From assembly GCA_945897915.1 (NCBI GenBank), contig CAMDGB010000009.1, positions 41 to 64,040 on the forward strand: 64,000 nt of DNA, read 5' to 3'. The notes beneath the pieces were generated by a model. The model had not been told where the DNA came from. It saw only the letters and a program-made list of their open reading frames with translations, and searched no databases. This document shows positions 9,271 through 18,008 of the stretch, piece after piece. Every line of letters begins with the position of its first letter. The first letter of the stretch is position 1. The stretch is from Chryseobacterium gleum. GTDB taxonomy: Bacteria > Bacteroidota > Bacteroidia > Flavobacteriales > Flavobacteriaceae. Both the position numbers and the translations under genes were made by a program.

Positions 9271-9996
9271 ATGTTTTGGATTTCAAAAAAAACTGTATCC
9301 TATAGTGAAGTATGGAAAGAGGGTTTTGTAGACCTACACAACCATTTATTACCCGGCATTGATGATGGAGCAAAAACCATAGCCGATACGCTTGACATGA
9401 TAGAAGCCATGCAAGAACTAGGTATTACTGAAGCCATTGCCACGCCGCACTCGTATCCGGGGATGTGGGCCAACACAAAAACCACCATCACCGAAGCCTA
9501 TGCAACAGTACCCCATGACTTTATTACCGGTTGCAGCAGTGAGTATTTTGCCGATAGTTCCTTAGTAGATCTGATGAACAACAAGGAATTATTGCCCTTA
9601 CCAAACAACCATTTACTGATTGAGTTTAGCATGATGAGCGCGCCCGTTTCGGGTTTGATGGATGTGCTTTTTACCTTAAAATTGAAAGGCTACCGTCTGA
9701 TTTTGGCTCACCCAGAGCGTTATTTGTACTGGGATACTAATTTGGTCATGTTTGAAGAATTGAAATCGTTTGATTTGGAATTCCAAATGAACGCGCTTTC
9801 TTTATTAGGCTTTTATGGCGATCGTTGCAAAAAAGTAGCCGAACATTTATTATCCGAAAATTACTACGGCTATCTGGGAACCGATTTCCACAACCTGCAC
9901 CACATTCACTACGCTAAAAATCATGCGTTTGCAGAAAAACACTTGAAAAACGTGATGCACTTGGTACAAGCCAATCAAACGTTTAGCTTAAAATAA
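9271..9996 (+). CDS. wzb: PHP-family tyrosine-protein phosphatase (CpsB/CapC/YwqE type)
   Basis: DLHNHLLPGIDDG, ATPH, LAHPERY, GTDFH motifs; adjacent to wzc. Confidence 0.92.
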   Translation: MFWISKKTVSYSEVWKEGFVDLHNHLLPGIDDGAKTIADTLDMIEAMQELGITEAIATPHSYPGMWANTKTTITEAYATVPHDFITGCSSEYFADSSLVDLMNNKELLPLPNNHLLIEFSMMSAPVSGLMDVLFTLKLKGYRLILAHPERYLYWDTNLVMFEELKSFDLEFQMNALSLLGFYGDRCKKVAEHLLSENYYGYLGTDFHNLHHIHYAKNHAFAEKHLKNVMHLVQANQTFSLK

Positions 9997-10010
9997 CACC
10001 CTTATACCAC

Positions 10011-10058
10011 AACAAAGAGCTACTATTGATCATCATGATCGCATAGTAGCTCTTTGTT
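10011..10058. terminator. Bidirectional intrinsic terminator between phosphatase and wzc
   Basis: 16-bp perfect inverted repeat AACAAAGAGCTACTAT / ATAGTAGCTCTTTGTT between convergent genes. Confidence 0.85.
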
Positions 10059-10070
10059 TTTTATAGTATA

Positions 10071-12467
10071 TTACGCCTTTTTAAACCATTTTTTTATGGT
10101 AGACCAAATACTTCTTTTATGACGTCTTTTGGTTTGATCTGCACCATAGCCATACCCGTAACCGTAGTTGTATTTGTAACTGTAGGAATAGCCATAGCCG
10201 TATTTATAACCATACCTTTTTTGCTGTCCTATATTGTTCAACACAATCCCTGCATTTTTGATTTTCTTCAAGGCTTGTAATTCGTTGATGAAGTGCAGCA
10301 AGTTCTTTTCAGTATGGTTGGCGCGGATCACAAAAACCATCATATCCGACAAGTTGGCAATCAAAGTGGTATCGGTTACCAATAAGGTTGGTGCGGTATC
10401 AACTAAAACATAGTCGTACTCTTTTTTCAATTCTTCCAGCAACAACTCAAAACGACCGTTGGACAACAACTCAGCCGGATTGGGCGGAATGGTTCCCGAA
10501 AAAATAAAATCCAATTTCAAATTATACTTCGCCCCTTTTTCGATGATATCGTCGAGTTGGGTCACCGTATCATGCAAATAATTGGTCACCCCTTTTTGGT
10601 GTCTGGAGATGTTCAACATCTTGTGCAACTGCGGATTTCTTAAATCGGCTCCTACCAAGATTACTTTTTTACCCAAGGTAGAAAATGTGATGGCCAAATT
10701 CATCGATACAAAGGTCTTCCCTTCCCCTTTGATGGTGGATGTGGTAAAGATGACTTGCGAAGCTTTGTTGTCTTTTATTAAGTAATTCAAATTGGTACGT
10801 AACATTCGGAACGCTTCGGATAAAACCGAACGGTCCAAATATTTGACCATTTTTTCGTCATCCGTAATGTGCGGAATCTCTGCAATCACCGGAATCTCTT
10901 TCACTACCGCTTGTACGTCTTTTTTACTGTGGATTTTAGTATCCATCATAAAATAGATATAAATAATTCCTAAAGGAATCCCTATCCCTAACAATAATGC
11001 GGCTAAATAAATAATGGCGTGTTTTGGACTGATGGGCACATCCACTGATTTGGCAAAATCCACCATCTTAATCGATGGATTGATGATCGCCAAGTTCACG
11101 GCAGCTTCTTCGCGTTTTTGCAATAAAATGATGTACAATGCTTCTTTTATTTCTTGTTGCCGCTCGATGGAACGAATGGCCTTTTCTTGAAACGGTAAGG
11201 CGGCATATTGTTGCGATTGCCCCAAACTGATCTGGCTGATGGCCGCAATTTTAGATTGCAACACTTTCATGTAAGTAGCTAAGGAAACCTTAATGTTTTT
11301 TTTGAGTTCCTTTTGGGTCTCTTTCAATTCCAACACGGCCGGGTGGTTTTCTCCTACCGATTGTAACAATTTCTGTTGTTTCAACACCAATTCGTTGTAT
11401 TGATCGATGATGGTAGCTACTTCCACTTGTTCTAATCCAATATTAGCAGGTAGCAGGTCATTGGATTTGGTTTTCCCCAAGGTTTCAATTAAGATTTCAC
11501 TCAATACCGCTTGGGTTTTGGCGGCATTCAATTCGCCTTTGGTGCCCGATTTTGAGGCCAAAAGCACTCCGGCATCGGCTTGAAAATTGGCCAAATTTTC
11601 TTTTTGCTTGTAATTGGCTTTATCTTTTTCTATCGAATCCAATTCTTTGAATAAAAATCCAAAACGTTCGTTGACAAAATTCACTGTTTTTTGGTGCACC
11701 AATCGGCGGTCATTAACCCCGTCTTGGTCAAATACTGCCGCCAGCATGTTGGCAATATCGGCGGCTTTTTTAGGATGGTTTGCCGAAACCGACAAGCGCA
11801 ACAATTCACTTTGCTTACCTACTGGCGTTACCGTTAATTGTGATTTCACCATTTGTATGGCGCGTTCTTTCTTTATTTTGACAATTTTATAATCGCCCAC
11901 TATTTTTTTAGCGGCAACTTCTTTTAAAAGTACGTAAAAGGGATGTCTTTTATAGGTGTACGTTGTTCCATAGCTTTTTAATTCTTTACTCCCTTCTATA
12001 TAGTATCCTTTTGGTGTCAATTCAAGGGAGAAGCCAATTCCTATTTCATTCACCTTTTCTGGTAGTTCGGTCCAATGTAGGGTAAACGGTGCCGTAGCGC
12101 CTATTTCAGTTTCCTTTATGTTCCCTTTGGTATAATATAGATTTTGAAGATCTAGGGTGTCCACTACTTTTTCAATCAACAAGGAAGATTGCAAGACCTC
12201 GGTTTCGTTTTCTAAATTAATTTTTCCTTTAGAAAAAAACGACATGGCATCCGTAGGCATTTTAAACCCTGAATTGTTGTTGTCTAATATTTTAACCACA
12301 TTGGAAGCTTGGTACACTTCTTGTGAATAGCGCAGGTAGAAGAAAGCAATCGTAAATGATAATATCGCGCCTAAAACAATCCAATGTAAAAAAGCGAGGT
12401 ATTTAAATATAAGCTCTTTAATATCTATCGAAGTAGACTGATTTTCTTGAAATTCTGATGACTGCAT
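10071..12467 (-). CDS. wzc: BY-kinase/polysaccharide co-polymerase Wzc
   Basis: Two TMs flanking a coiled-coil periplasmic region, Walker A GEGKT, VGADLR, VDTAP, C-terminal Tyr cluster. Confidence 0.95.
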   Translation of the reverse strand: MQSSEFQENQSTSIDIKELIFKYLAFLHWIVLGAILSFTIAFFYLRYSQEVYQASNVVKILDNNNSGFKMPTDAMSFFSKGKINLENETEVLQSSLLIEKVVDTLDLQNLYYTKGNIKETEIGATAPFTLHWTELPEKVNEIGIGFSLELTPKGYYIEGSKELKSYGTTYTYKRHPFYVLLKEVAAKKIVGDYKIVKIKKERAIQMVKSQLTVTPVGKQSELLRLSVSANHPKKAADIANMLAAVFDQDGVNDRRLVHQKTVNFVNERFGFLFKELDSIEKDKANYKQKENLANFQADAGVLLASKSGTKGELNAAKTQAVLSEILIETLGKTKSNDLLPANIGLEQVEVATIIDQYNELVLKQQKLLQSVGENHPAVLELKETQKELKKNIKVSLATYMKVLQSKIAAISQISLGQSQQYAALPFQEKAIRSIERQQEIKEALYIILLQKREEAAVNLAIINPSIKMVDFAKSVDVPISPKHAIIYLAALLLGIGIPLGIIYIYFMMDTKIHSKKDVQAVVKEIPVIAEIPHITDDEKMVKYLDRSVLSEAFRMLRTNLNYLIKDNKASQVIFTTSTIKGEGKTFVSMNLAITFSTLGKKVILVGADLRNPQLHKMLNISRHQKGVTNYLHDTVTQLDDIIEKGAKYNLKLDFIFSGTIPPNPAELLSNGRFELLLEELKKEYDYVLVDTAPTLLVTDTTLIANLSDMMVFVIRANHTEKNLLHFINELQALKKIKNAGIVLNNIGQQKRYGYKYGYGYSYSYKYNYGYGYGYGADQTKRRHKRSIWSTIKKWFKKA

Positions 12468-12473
12468 AAAAGC

Positions 12474-13253
12474 TTATAGTGATTTAATAATTAAGAAACT
12501 GGACAACAAAACGGATATTACAGAAATTAAATTTCCGGGATTTCCGATCAACCCCGCTGATTTTACTTTTGCAGTATTTGGGTCTATAATGATTACATCG
12601 TTTGGTTTTACAAAATAGTAAGGTGAAGCCAACCAATCATTTTTAGTTAAATCTACGGTGCCAAAAGTTTGTTTTCCATTTTCAGTTCGGATGATAGTAA
12701 TTTTTTTTCTAACACCGTTAATCGTTAAGTCTCCTGCTAAACCAAGGGCTTGCAACAACGTTAGATTGTTTTCATAAAAAGTAAATGTTCCTGGAGACGC
12801 TACTTCGCCTAAAACCGTAAATTTTGCATTTAATAACCTACAAACCACCACTGGATTTTTTAAAAAACCTTTGGTAACTAAAGCCTCTTGTATTTGTTTT
12901 TCTGCTTGTTCTAAGGTCAAACCAGCCATTTTTTGTACCCCCAAAACAGGAATGTTAATGTCGCCCTGGTTGCTTACCAAATAGCCTTGCAACTGCATTT
13001 GTGCGCCTTGCCCGTTATTTTGCAGTAGAGGATTTGTAATATTGTATGCTACCGCCAATTCGGGCACCTCGGTGGTTACTTTTACACTAATAATATCGTT
13101 GGGTTGAATATACATTTCAGACCATTTGAAGGGTAACGAGGTAGAAGGCGCACCTCCATTCAAATACAATAGGTCTTTTTTAGTGGCACATGAGGTTAAA
13201 CTCATGATAAAAACAACTATAAAAACAACGGGTATGAATTTTTTTAATTTCAC
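12474..13253 (-). CDS. wza: Polysaccharide export lipoprotein Wza
   Basis: Lipobox LTSC, IQPNDII, GYLV...GDINIPVLG, SLBB-like VLGEVASPG. Track start (TTG 13277) overlaps a TATATTTG box at 13275-13282, so GTG 13253 is preferred. Confidence 0.92.
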   Translation of the reverse strand: MKLKKFIPVVFIVVFIMSLTSCATKKDLLYLNGGAPSTSLPFKWSEMYIQPNDIISVKVTTEVPELAVAYNITNPLLQNNGQGAQMQLQGYLVSNQGDINIPVLGVQKMAGLTLEQAEKQIQEALVTKGFLKNPVVVCRLLNAKFTVLGEVASPGTFTFYENNLTLLQALGLAGDLTINGVRKKITIIRTENGKQTFGTVDLTKNDWLASPYYFVKPNDVIIIDPNTAKVKSAGLIGNPGNLISVISVLLSSFLIIKSL

Positions 13254-13459
13254 TTTAAAATAAATTTGGTATTGCAAATATAGTTTTTTAATTTAAAACT
13301 AAAAACTATTAATTTTGAATGCTTTACCAATTTTTTTTTAAAAGAAATTCGAATAAACTGTTTTTTTGGAGCGCTTTTAAGATTTTAGCAAAGAATAAAA
13401 TTGCTATTGTGCAGAGTAAATTCTAGAAATATTAAATTGAAACACTTGAAAACGCAAAA

Positions 13460-14368
13460 TTATATTTTTATTGAATCATAATACTCAATTGTTTTTTGCA
13501 CCGCCGTTTCTGTATCAAAAGGCATTTTATTCATTTCAAGGGCATTTTTAATTTTAGCTCCATTTATGATTCTGGAATGAGAAATTTCAATAAGTTTTTT
13601 AGAATTAAATTCCCATTTAAACATATCGCCTATTTTGGCAAAAAGACTCAATATTCCTTTAGGTACTTTAATAATTTTAGCTTTTTTGTCGAAAACGGCC
13701 GCAATCCAATTGACCAATTGTGTAGTTACAATTGGTTCGTTGTCTGTAACATTATAAATTCCTGATGGTACCGCTGTTTTTTCTGAAATTTGAGCAATAA
13801 TTTCCGTAAGGTTGTCGATATAGCAAAAAGATTGTTTCGTATCAAAAACACCAAAAAACCAAGGAAATTTTTTACAGAAACTAAACGTGTCGTATAGCAA
13901 GCTTTTGGTTTCTCTGCCATAAACTGGAGCCACACGCAATATAATGGCTCTTTTCCCTTCTGGCAAAACTTGCTTCAAAATAAATTGCTCCGCATCAAAT
14001 TTTGATTGAAGGAAAGGATTTGTAGAATTTTCGTTGGCGTCTTCAGGAATTTCTGAAATTTGTTTGTCTATTAATTCTGTCGTGCTTAAAAAGATAAACG
14101 TTTTGGCGTTTGAACTTAAAAAATATCTAAATAATTTAGACGTAAGTTCTGTATTTACTCTAAAATACTCTTCGTCAAAAGCGCTGTCTTGAGGATTTAG
14201 ATTAATTGCCGCCAAATGAATAATAGTTTCCGTTTCTAAAGGCATCATTTTGTGCCAATTTTGAAATCGAAGGGAAATTGACTTGTTTTTTTTTGATTTT
14301 GAATTGAAATATTTGGTAAGATTTTGTCCGATATATCCTGTTGTCCCCGTTAATACAATTAGACTCAT
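13460..14368 (-). CDS. Atypical NAD-dependent epimerase/dehydratase (SDR)
   Basis: GTTGYIG Rossmann motif; the expected YxxxK reads FLQSK. Confidence 0.75.
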   Translation of the reverse strand: MSLIVLTGTTGYIGQNLTKYFNSKSKKNKSISLRFQNWHKMMPLETETIIHLAAINLNPQDSAFDEEYFRVNTELTSKLFRYFLSSNAKTFIFLSTTELIDKQISEIPEDANENSTNPFLQSKFDAEQFILKQVLPEGKRAIILRVAPVYGRETKSLLYDTFSFCKKFPWFFGVFDTKQSFCYIDNLTEIIAQISEKTAVPSGIYNVTDNEPIVTTQLVNWIAAVFDKKAKIIKVPKGILSLFAKIGDMFKWEFNSKKLIEISHSRIINGAKIKNALEMNKMPFDTETAVQKTIEYYDSIKI

Positions 14369-14519
14369 ATTTATTTTTAATTAAGAATGCGAAAGTACAA
14401 AATAATTTATGCCTAAAATGGTTTTCAGTGTCATATTGTTTTATAAACTATTTTATTTAAAAAAAATTCAGTATTTTGAAGTAGTAATTAATAAAAATTC
14501 AAGGTTTTAAATTAAGTAT

Positions 14520-14978
14520 TTAACGATTTATAATTAATCGGATTCCTAAAGATTTTATTATTAAAGTTACTTTGTTTGTTGAAACTTTATCCACTACTGC
14601 CATTTGGTTTTTAAATGGCCCTTCATTAATTTGAATTTGCGCATTGGTCGTCCAGGTTTCTATGTCAACTTTTACTACCGGCGTGGCCAATTGTGTTTTT
14701 AATGCCTCTATTTCTTGGGATTTAATTATTGCTGGTTTGCCTAACCAAAACACATATTGCACTACACCAGCTACTTGAAATACGTCCTTTCGATTTGCTT
14801 CCTCAATTTTTACAAATACATAAGAAGGAATTAGGGGTGATTCTACCTTTTTTTTTCGATCAGACCATTGTTTAAGGGTGGTTACTATCGGACAATATAC
14901 CTCTATACCAATAGCAGCAAGGTTTTCAGCCACCTTTTTTTCATTACGTGGTTTTGTATATAAAGCAAACCATTCCAT
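14520..14978 (-). CDS. upxY: UpxY-family (NusG-like) antiterminator
   Basis: WFALYTKPRNEKK NGN start, VESPLIPSYVFV, C-terminal KOW-like INEGPFKN; heads the glycan locus. ATG 14978 preferred over track start 15005. Confidence 0.92.
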   Translation of the reverse strand: MEWFALYTKPRNEKKVAENLAAIGIEVYCPIVTTLKQWSDRKKKVESPLIPSYVFVKIEEANRKDVFQVAGVVQYVFWLGKPAIIKSQEIEALKTQLATPVVKVDIETWTTNAQIQINEGPFKNQMAVVDKVSTNKVTLIIKSLGIRLIINR

Positions 14979-15042
14979 CTTGAATACATTTAATAAAATA
15001 AGCACCTGGTAAAGCTGCTTTTCATTTTTATTGTTTATACTA

Positions 15043-15059
15043 CAAAGATATCAAATATA
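15043..15059 (-). promoter_or_regulatory. Two tandem -7 boxes upstream of upxY (TATCTTTG, TATATTTG)
   Basis: + strand CAAAGATA 15043-15050 and CAAATATA 15052-15059. Confidence 0.55.
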
Positions 15060-15189
15060 TAGAATAACTGAAAAAAATAGGCGCGTTTTACTTGTCATTG
15101 GTGTTAATTGTCAGTTAATTTAATAGCAAATAGTTATATCTTTATCAATAATTAAGAAATACTTATTATTTTTATAAAAAATATCGAAA

Positions 15190-16059
15190 ATGTCTATTCA
15201 TACATCATCTATAATTGCCGGCACAATGAATTGGGGCAAATGGGGAAGAAATTTCAACAAAACTGCTATCCAACAAGTTATAGAAACTTTCATTACAGAA
15301 AAAATCACCACGTTTGACCATGCAGATATTTATGGTGGTTATACTACGGAAGCCGATTTTGGAAACGCTTGGTCAGCCATGAATATTGACAGAAATCAAG
15401 TGCAATTTATTACCAAATGTGGTATAAAAATGGTTTGTGAAGAAAGAGATTACTCCGTCAAACATTACGATTATACAAAAGAACACATTATTTGGAGCGT
15501 AGAAAATTCATTAAAAAATTTACAAACCGATTATATTGATGTGCTTTTATTACATAGGCCAAGTCCGCTTATGGAAACAGATGTAATAGCTGAAGCTGTT
15601 TCTGAACTTAAAAATTCAGGTAAAATACGGGCTTTTGGCTTGTCCAACTTTACGCCTAGCCAAACCGATTTAATTAAAAAATATAGTTCCGTCTGCTGCA
15701 ATCAAATTCAGTTTTCCGCTACGCATTTACAACCTATGTTAAATGGTGAATTGGATTATATGATGCAGCACAACATTCAGCCTATGGCATGGAATCCTTT
15801 AGGGTCAGTATATAAAGAAGTTATTCCACAAACCATTCGATTAAGAGATTTACTTCAAAAATTAACTAAAAAATATGGTGTTTCTGATGATTTGCTCCTT
15901 TTGGCTTGGGTTTCAAAACATCCTGCAAATATTCAACCAGTTGTAGGCACTACACAAATTGATCGCATCAAAAACTTGAAAAAATTAAAGGGTTTTGAAT
16001 TGGAATTAGAAGATTGGTTTGCCGTTTGGACCGAAAGTATTGGAACAAAAATTCCATAA
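15190..16059 (+). CDS. Aldo/keto reductase (YdhF-like)
   Basis: FDHADIYGGY, ITKCGI, LQTDYIDVLLLHRP, GLSNF motifs. Confidence 0.92.
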   Translation: MSIHTSSIIAGTMNWGKWGRNFNKTAIQQVIETFITEKITTFDHADIYGGYTTEADFGNAWSAMNIDRNQVQFITKCGIKMVCEERDYSVKHYDYTKEHIIWSVENSLKNLQTDYIDVLLLHRPSPLMETDVIAEAVSELKNSGKIRAFGLSNFTPSQTDLIKKYSSVCCNQIQFSATHLQPMLNGELDYMMQHNIQPMAWNPLGSVYKEVIPQTIRLRDLLQKLTKKYGVSDDLLLLAWVSKHPANIQPVVGTTQIDRIKNLKKLKGFELELEDWFAVWTESIGTKIP

Positions 16060-16062
16060 ATT

Positions 16063-17193
16063 ATGATTAATAAACGGCTTCTTGTTAAAAACCTGTTGGC
16101 TCATAATAACGAAAATAGTTTTTATGATAAAAAACGCCAATTAAATTTACATACTAAAGAAGGAAAAGGTAAGTTTTTAAAACATATTTGCGCCTTATCC
16201 AATTCTAACCCGTTTAATAATTCGTATATTGTAGTTGGTGTAGAAGATGATGATAATGAAATAGTTGGAGATGATTTTTTTGATGATAGCCGGATTCAAA
16301 ATCTTGTAAATGCCTATTTAGAAAATCCGCCTAAAATTACTTATGACAATATCTCTTTCCCTAATTTACCTAAAGAAAGAGTAGTTGGTTTGGTGACTAT
16401 TAAACCGAAAAATAAAATCTCCTTTTTTAAAAAAAATATTTATACGATTTTACTTAATAGTACTTTTATTAGAATTGGAAGTAACACAGTGCCGACTGAG
16501 GAAAAAATTGCTTTTTCAAAATCAAATGCAGCTGCAGTTATTAGTATTGAAAATAATTCTAGAAACAGTATAGCACACACCTTAGAAAGTGTGTTGGATT
16601 TTATTACGGTACGACACAAAGATTTGGATAATCAATATCAGGTGTTTAAAGAGAATTTTGTGGTGTGTTGGGCTGGAAAAAAACATATTGTCCGAAACGA
16701 AACGTATTATTCGCGCGTAGCTATTGAGTTGATGAACGAACAAATTAAGCTGTTTTATTCCAACCAAGATGAAGTAATTATTCAATATGATGAAGATCGT
16801 TTTACGATTACAGAATATGTAAAGTTGGGTTTAAATGACGCCACGAGTTATTATCCATTGGAACGTTTAACCTTCCATTTTTACGATAACGGCTATTATA
16901 AAATGGAGACTGAAATGCTATTTGAACCTCCACAATATAATAAAAAACTACTTTTTCATATTTACAATTCTGTTAAAAATACTATTGAGAAATTAGAAAA
17001 AAACAAAGTGGTATTAGAAGAAGACGTTTTAAGAATCGCGCCTACATTAATGATTTGTTATTTAAACGGATTCACCGAAGCGAAACAAAAGCTTATAGAA
17101 GCAAAAAGTGTATTAAAAGCTTATCCAAATCCCTTAGTTTTCCTGAGCTTTAAACACAGTCTGAGAATTTTAAGAAAGATGAAATACAATTAA
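16063..17193 (+). CDS. Schlafen/AlbA_2-domain protein with uncharacterised C-terminus
   Basis: ENSFYDKK...FLKHICALSNSN...YIVVGVEDD matches the AlbA_2 pattern; no NTPase motif seen. Confidence 0.75.
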   Translation: MINKRLLVKNLLAHNNENSFYDKKRQLNLHTKEGKGKFLKHICALSNSNPFNNSYIVVGVEDDDNEIVGDDFFDDSRIQNLVNAYLENPPKITYDNISFPNLPKERVVGLVTIKPKNKISFFKKNIYTILLNSTFIRIGSNTVPTEEKIAFSKSNAAAVISIENNSRNSIAHTLESVLDFITVRHKDLDNQYQVFKENFVVCWAGKKHIVRNETYYSRVAIELMNEQIKLFYSNQDEVIIQYDEDRFTITEYVKLGLNDATSYYPLERLTFHFYDNGYYKMETEMLFEPPQYNKKLLFHIYNSVKNTIEKLEKNKVVLEEDVLRIAPTLMICYLNGFTEAKQKLIEAKSVLKAYPNPLVFLSFKHSLRILRKMKYN

Positions 17194-17864
17194 TCTTTCT
17201 CAGACAAAAACTCAATATCTTCTAGTAATTGCGTTAGATTTTTTTCGCCTTTTACAGTTTTATCGATGTTTAATCCGTTGTAAAACCCTCTAATTCTGCC
17301 TTTTTGGTCTACTAAAACAAAGTTTTCGGTGTGCACCATGTCGTATAATTCTTCCGGTTTTCCTGTTTTTACTACTAAATACGATTGTCGGGCAATTTTG
17401 TAAATTCCCTTTTGATCTCCTGTAACTAGATTCCATTTTGCATCAAGTACCCCTTTTTCTTTGGCATATTTTTTCAAAACCTCAACGGTATCCTCATTTG
17501 GGAAAACAGTATGAGAAAGCAATTTCACTTTCGGATTGTCTTTGATTTTGTCTTGCAACCAAACCATGTTGTCGGTCATTTTTGGACAAATGGTTTGGCA
17601 AGTCGTGAAAAAGAAATCGGCTACATAAATTTTACCCTCATAATCTTTATTTGTAACCTTATTCCCGTTTTGATTGGTAAACGCAAATGGCGCTATTTTA
17701 TGCTTGTAGCCAACATGTTGTACTAAAGAATCTACCAATTCCGGATTTACCTCTCGAGGGGTGATTATGGGAAGTGTTTTTCTGTTTAATAAGGTATAAA
17801 TAGCTATAAAAATCACTAGAAGCAACCCTATAAAAAAGACAGATAGTTTTTTATATTTAAACAT
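17190..17864 (-). CDS. SCO family copper-binding protein
   Basis: FFFTTCQTICP (CxxxC) and MVHTENFVLVD (His ligand); N-terminal TM. Confidence 0.92.
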   Translation of the reverse strand: MFKYKKLSVFFIGLLLVIFIAIYTLLNRKTLPIITPREVNPELVDSLVQHVGYKHKIAPFAFTNQNGNKVTNKDYEGKIYVADFFFTTCQTICPKMTDNMVWLQDKIKDNPKVKLLSHTVFPNEDTVEVLKKYAKEKGVLDAKWNLVTGDQKGIYKIARQSYLVVKTGKPEELYDMVHTENFVLVDQKGRIRGFYNGLNIDKTVKGEKNLTQLLEDIEFLSEKD

Positions 17865-18008
17865 TTGAAGGCTATTTTTTACAAAAATAACACTATTTTA
17901 TATTATCACGAACGTATTTAACATTTGTATTTCTGAATAATTCTAGTTTTTTTAATAGATTTGTAATTCGCATACAATAAAAAAACCAACCTTTTAAAAA
18001 ATTATAAA

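Noticed and set aside
8424-10070. Possible invertible segment explaining the reversed phosphatase
   Set aside because: No convincing inverted repeats at the boundaries (best shared stretch about 7 nt) and no recombinase in the window.
1538-14856. A9 homopolymers in the flippase (1538-1546) and upxY (14848-14856) as phase-variation tracts
   Set aside because: Runs of this length are expected in lysine codons of an AT-rich genome; both genes are in frame.
15060-15189. ops/JUMPstart-like element upstream of upxY
   Set aside because: No recognisable match found by eye.
15601-15620. CTGAA...TTCAG palindrome inside the aldo/keto reductase
   Set aside because: Different loop length and no TGTCA flank; explained by the codons VSELKNSG.
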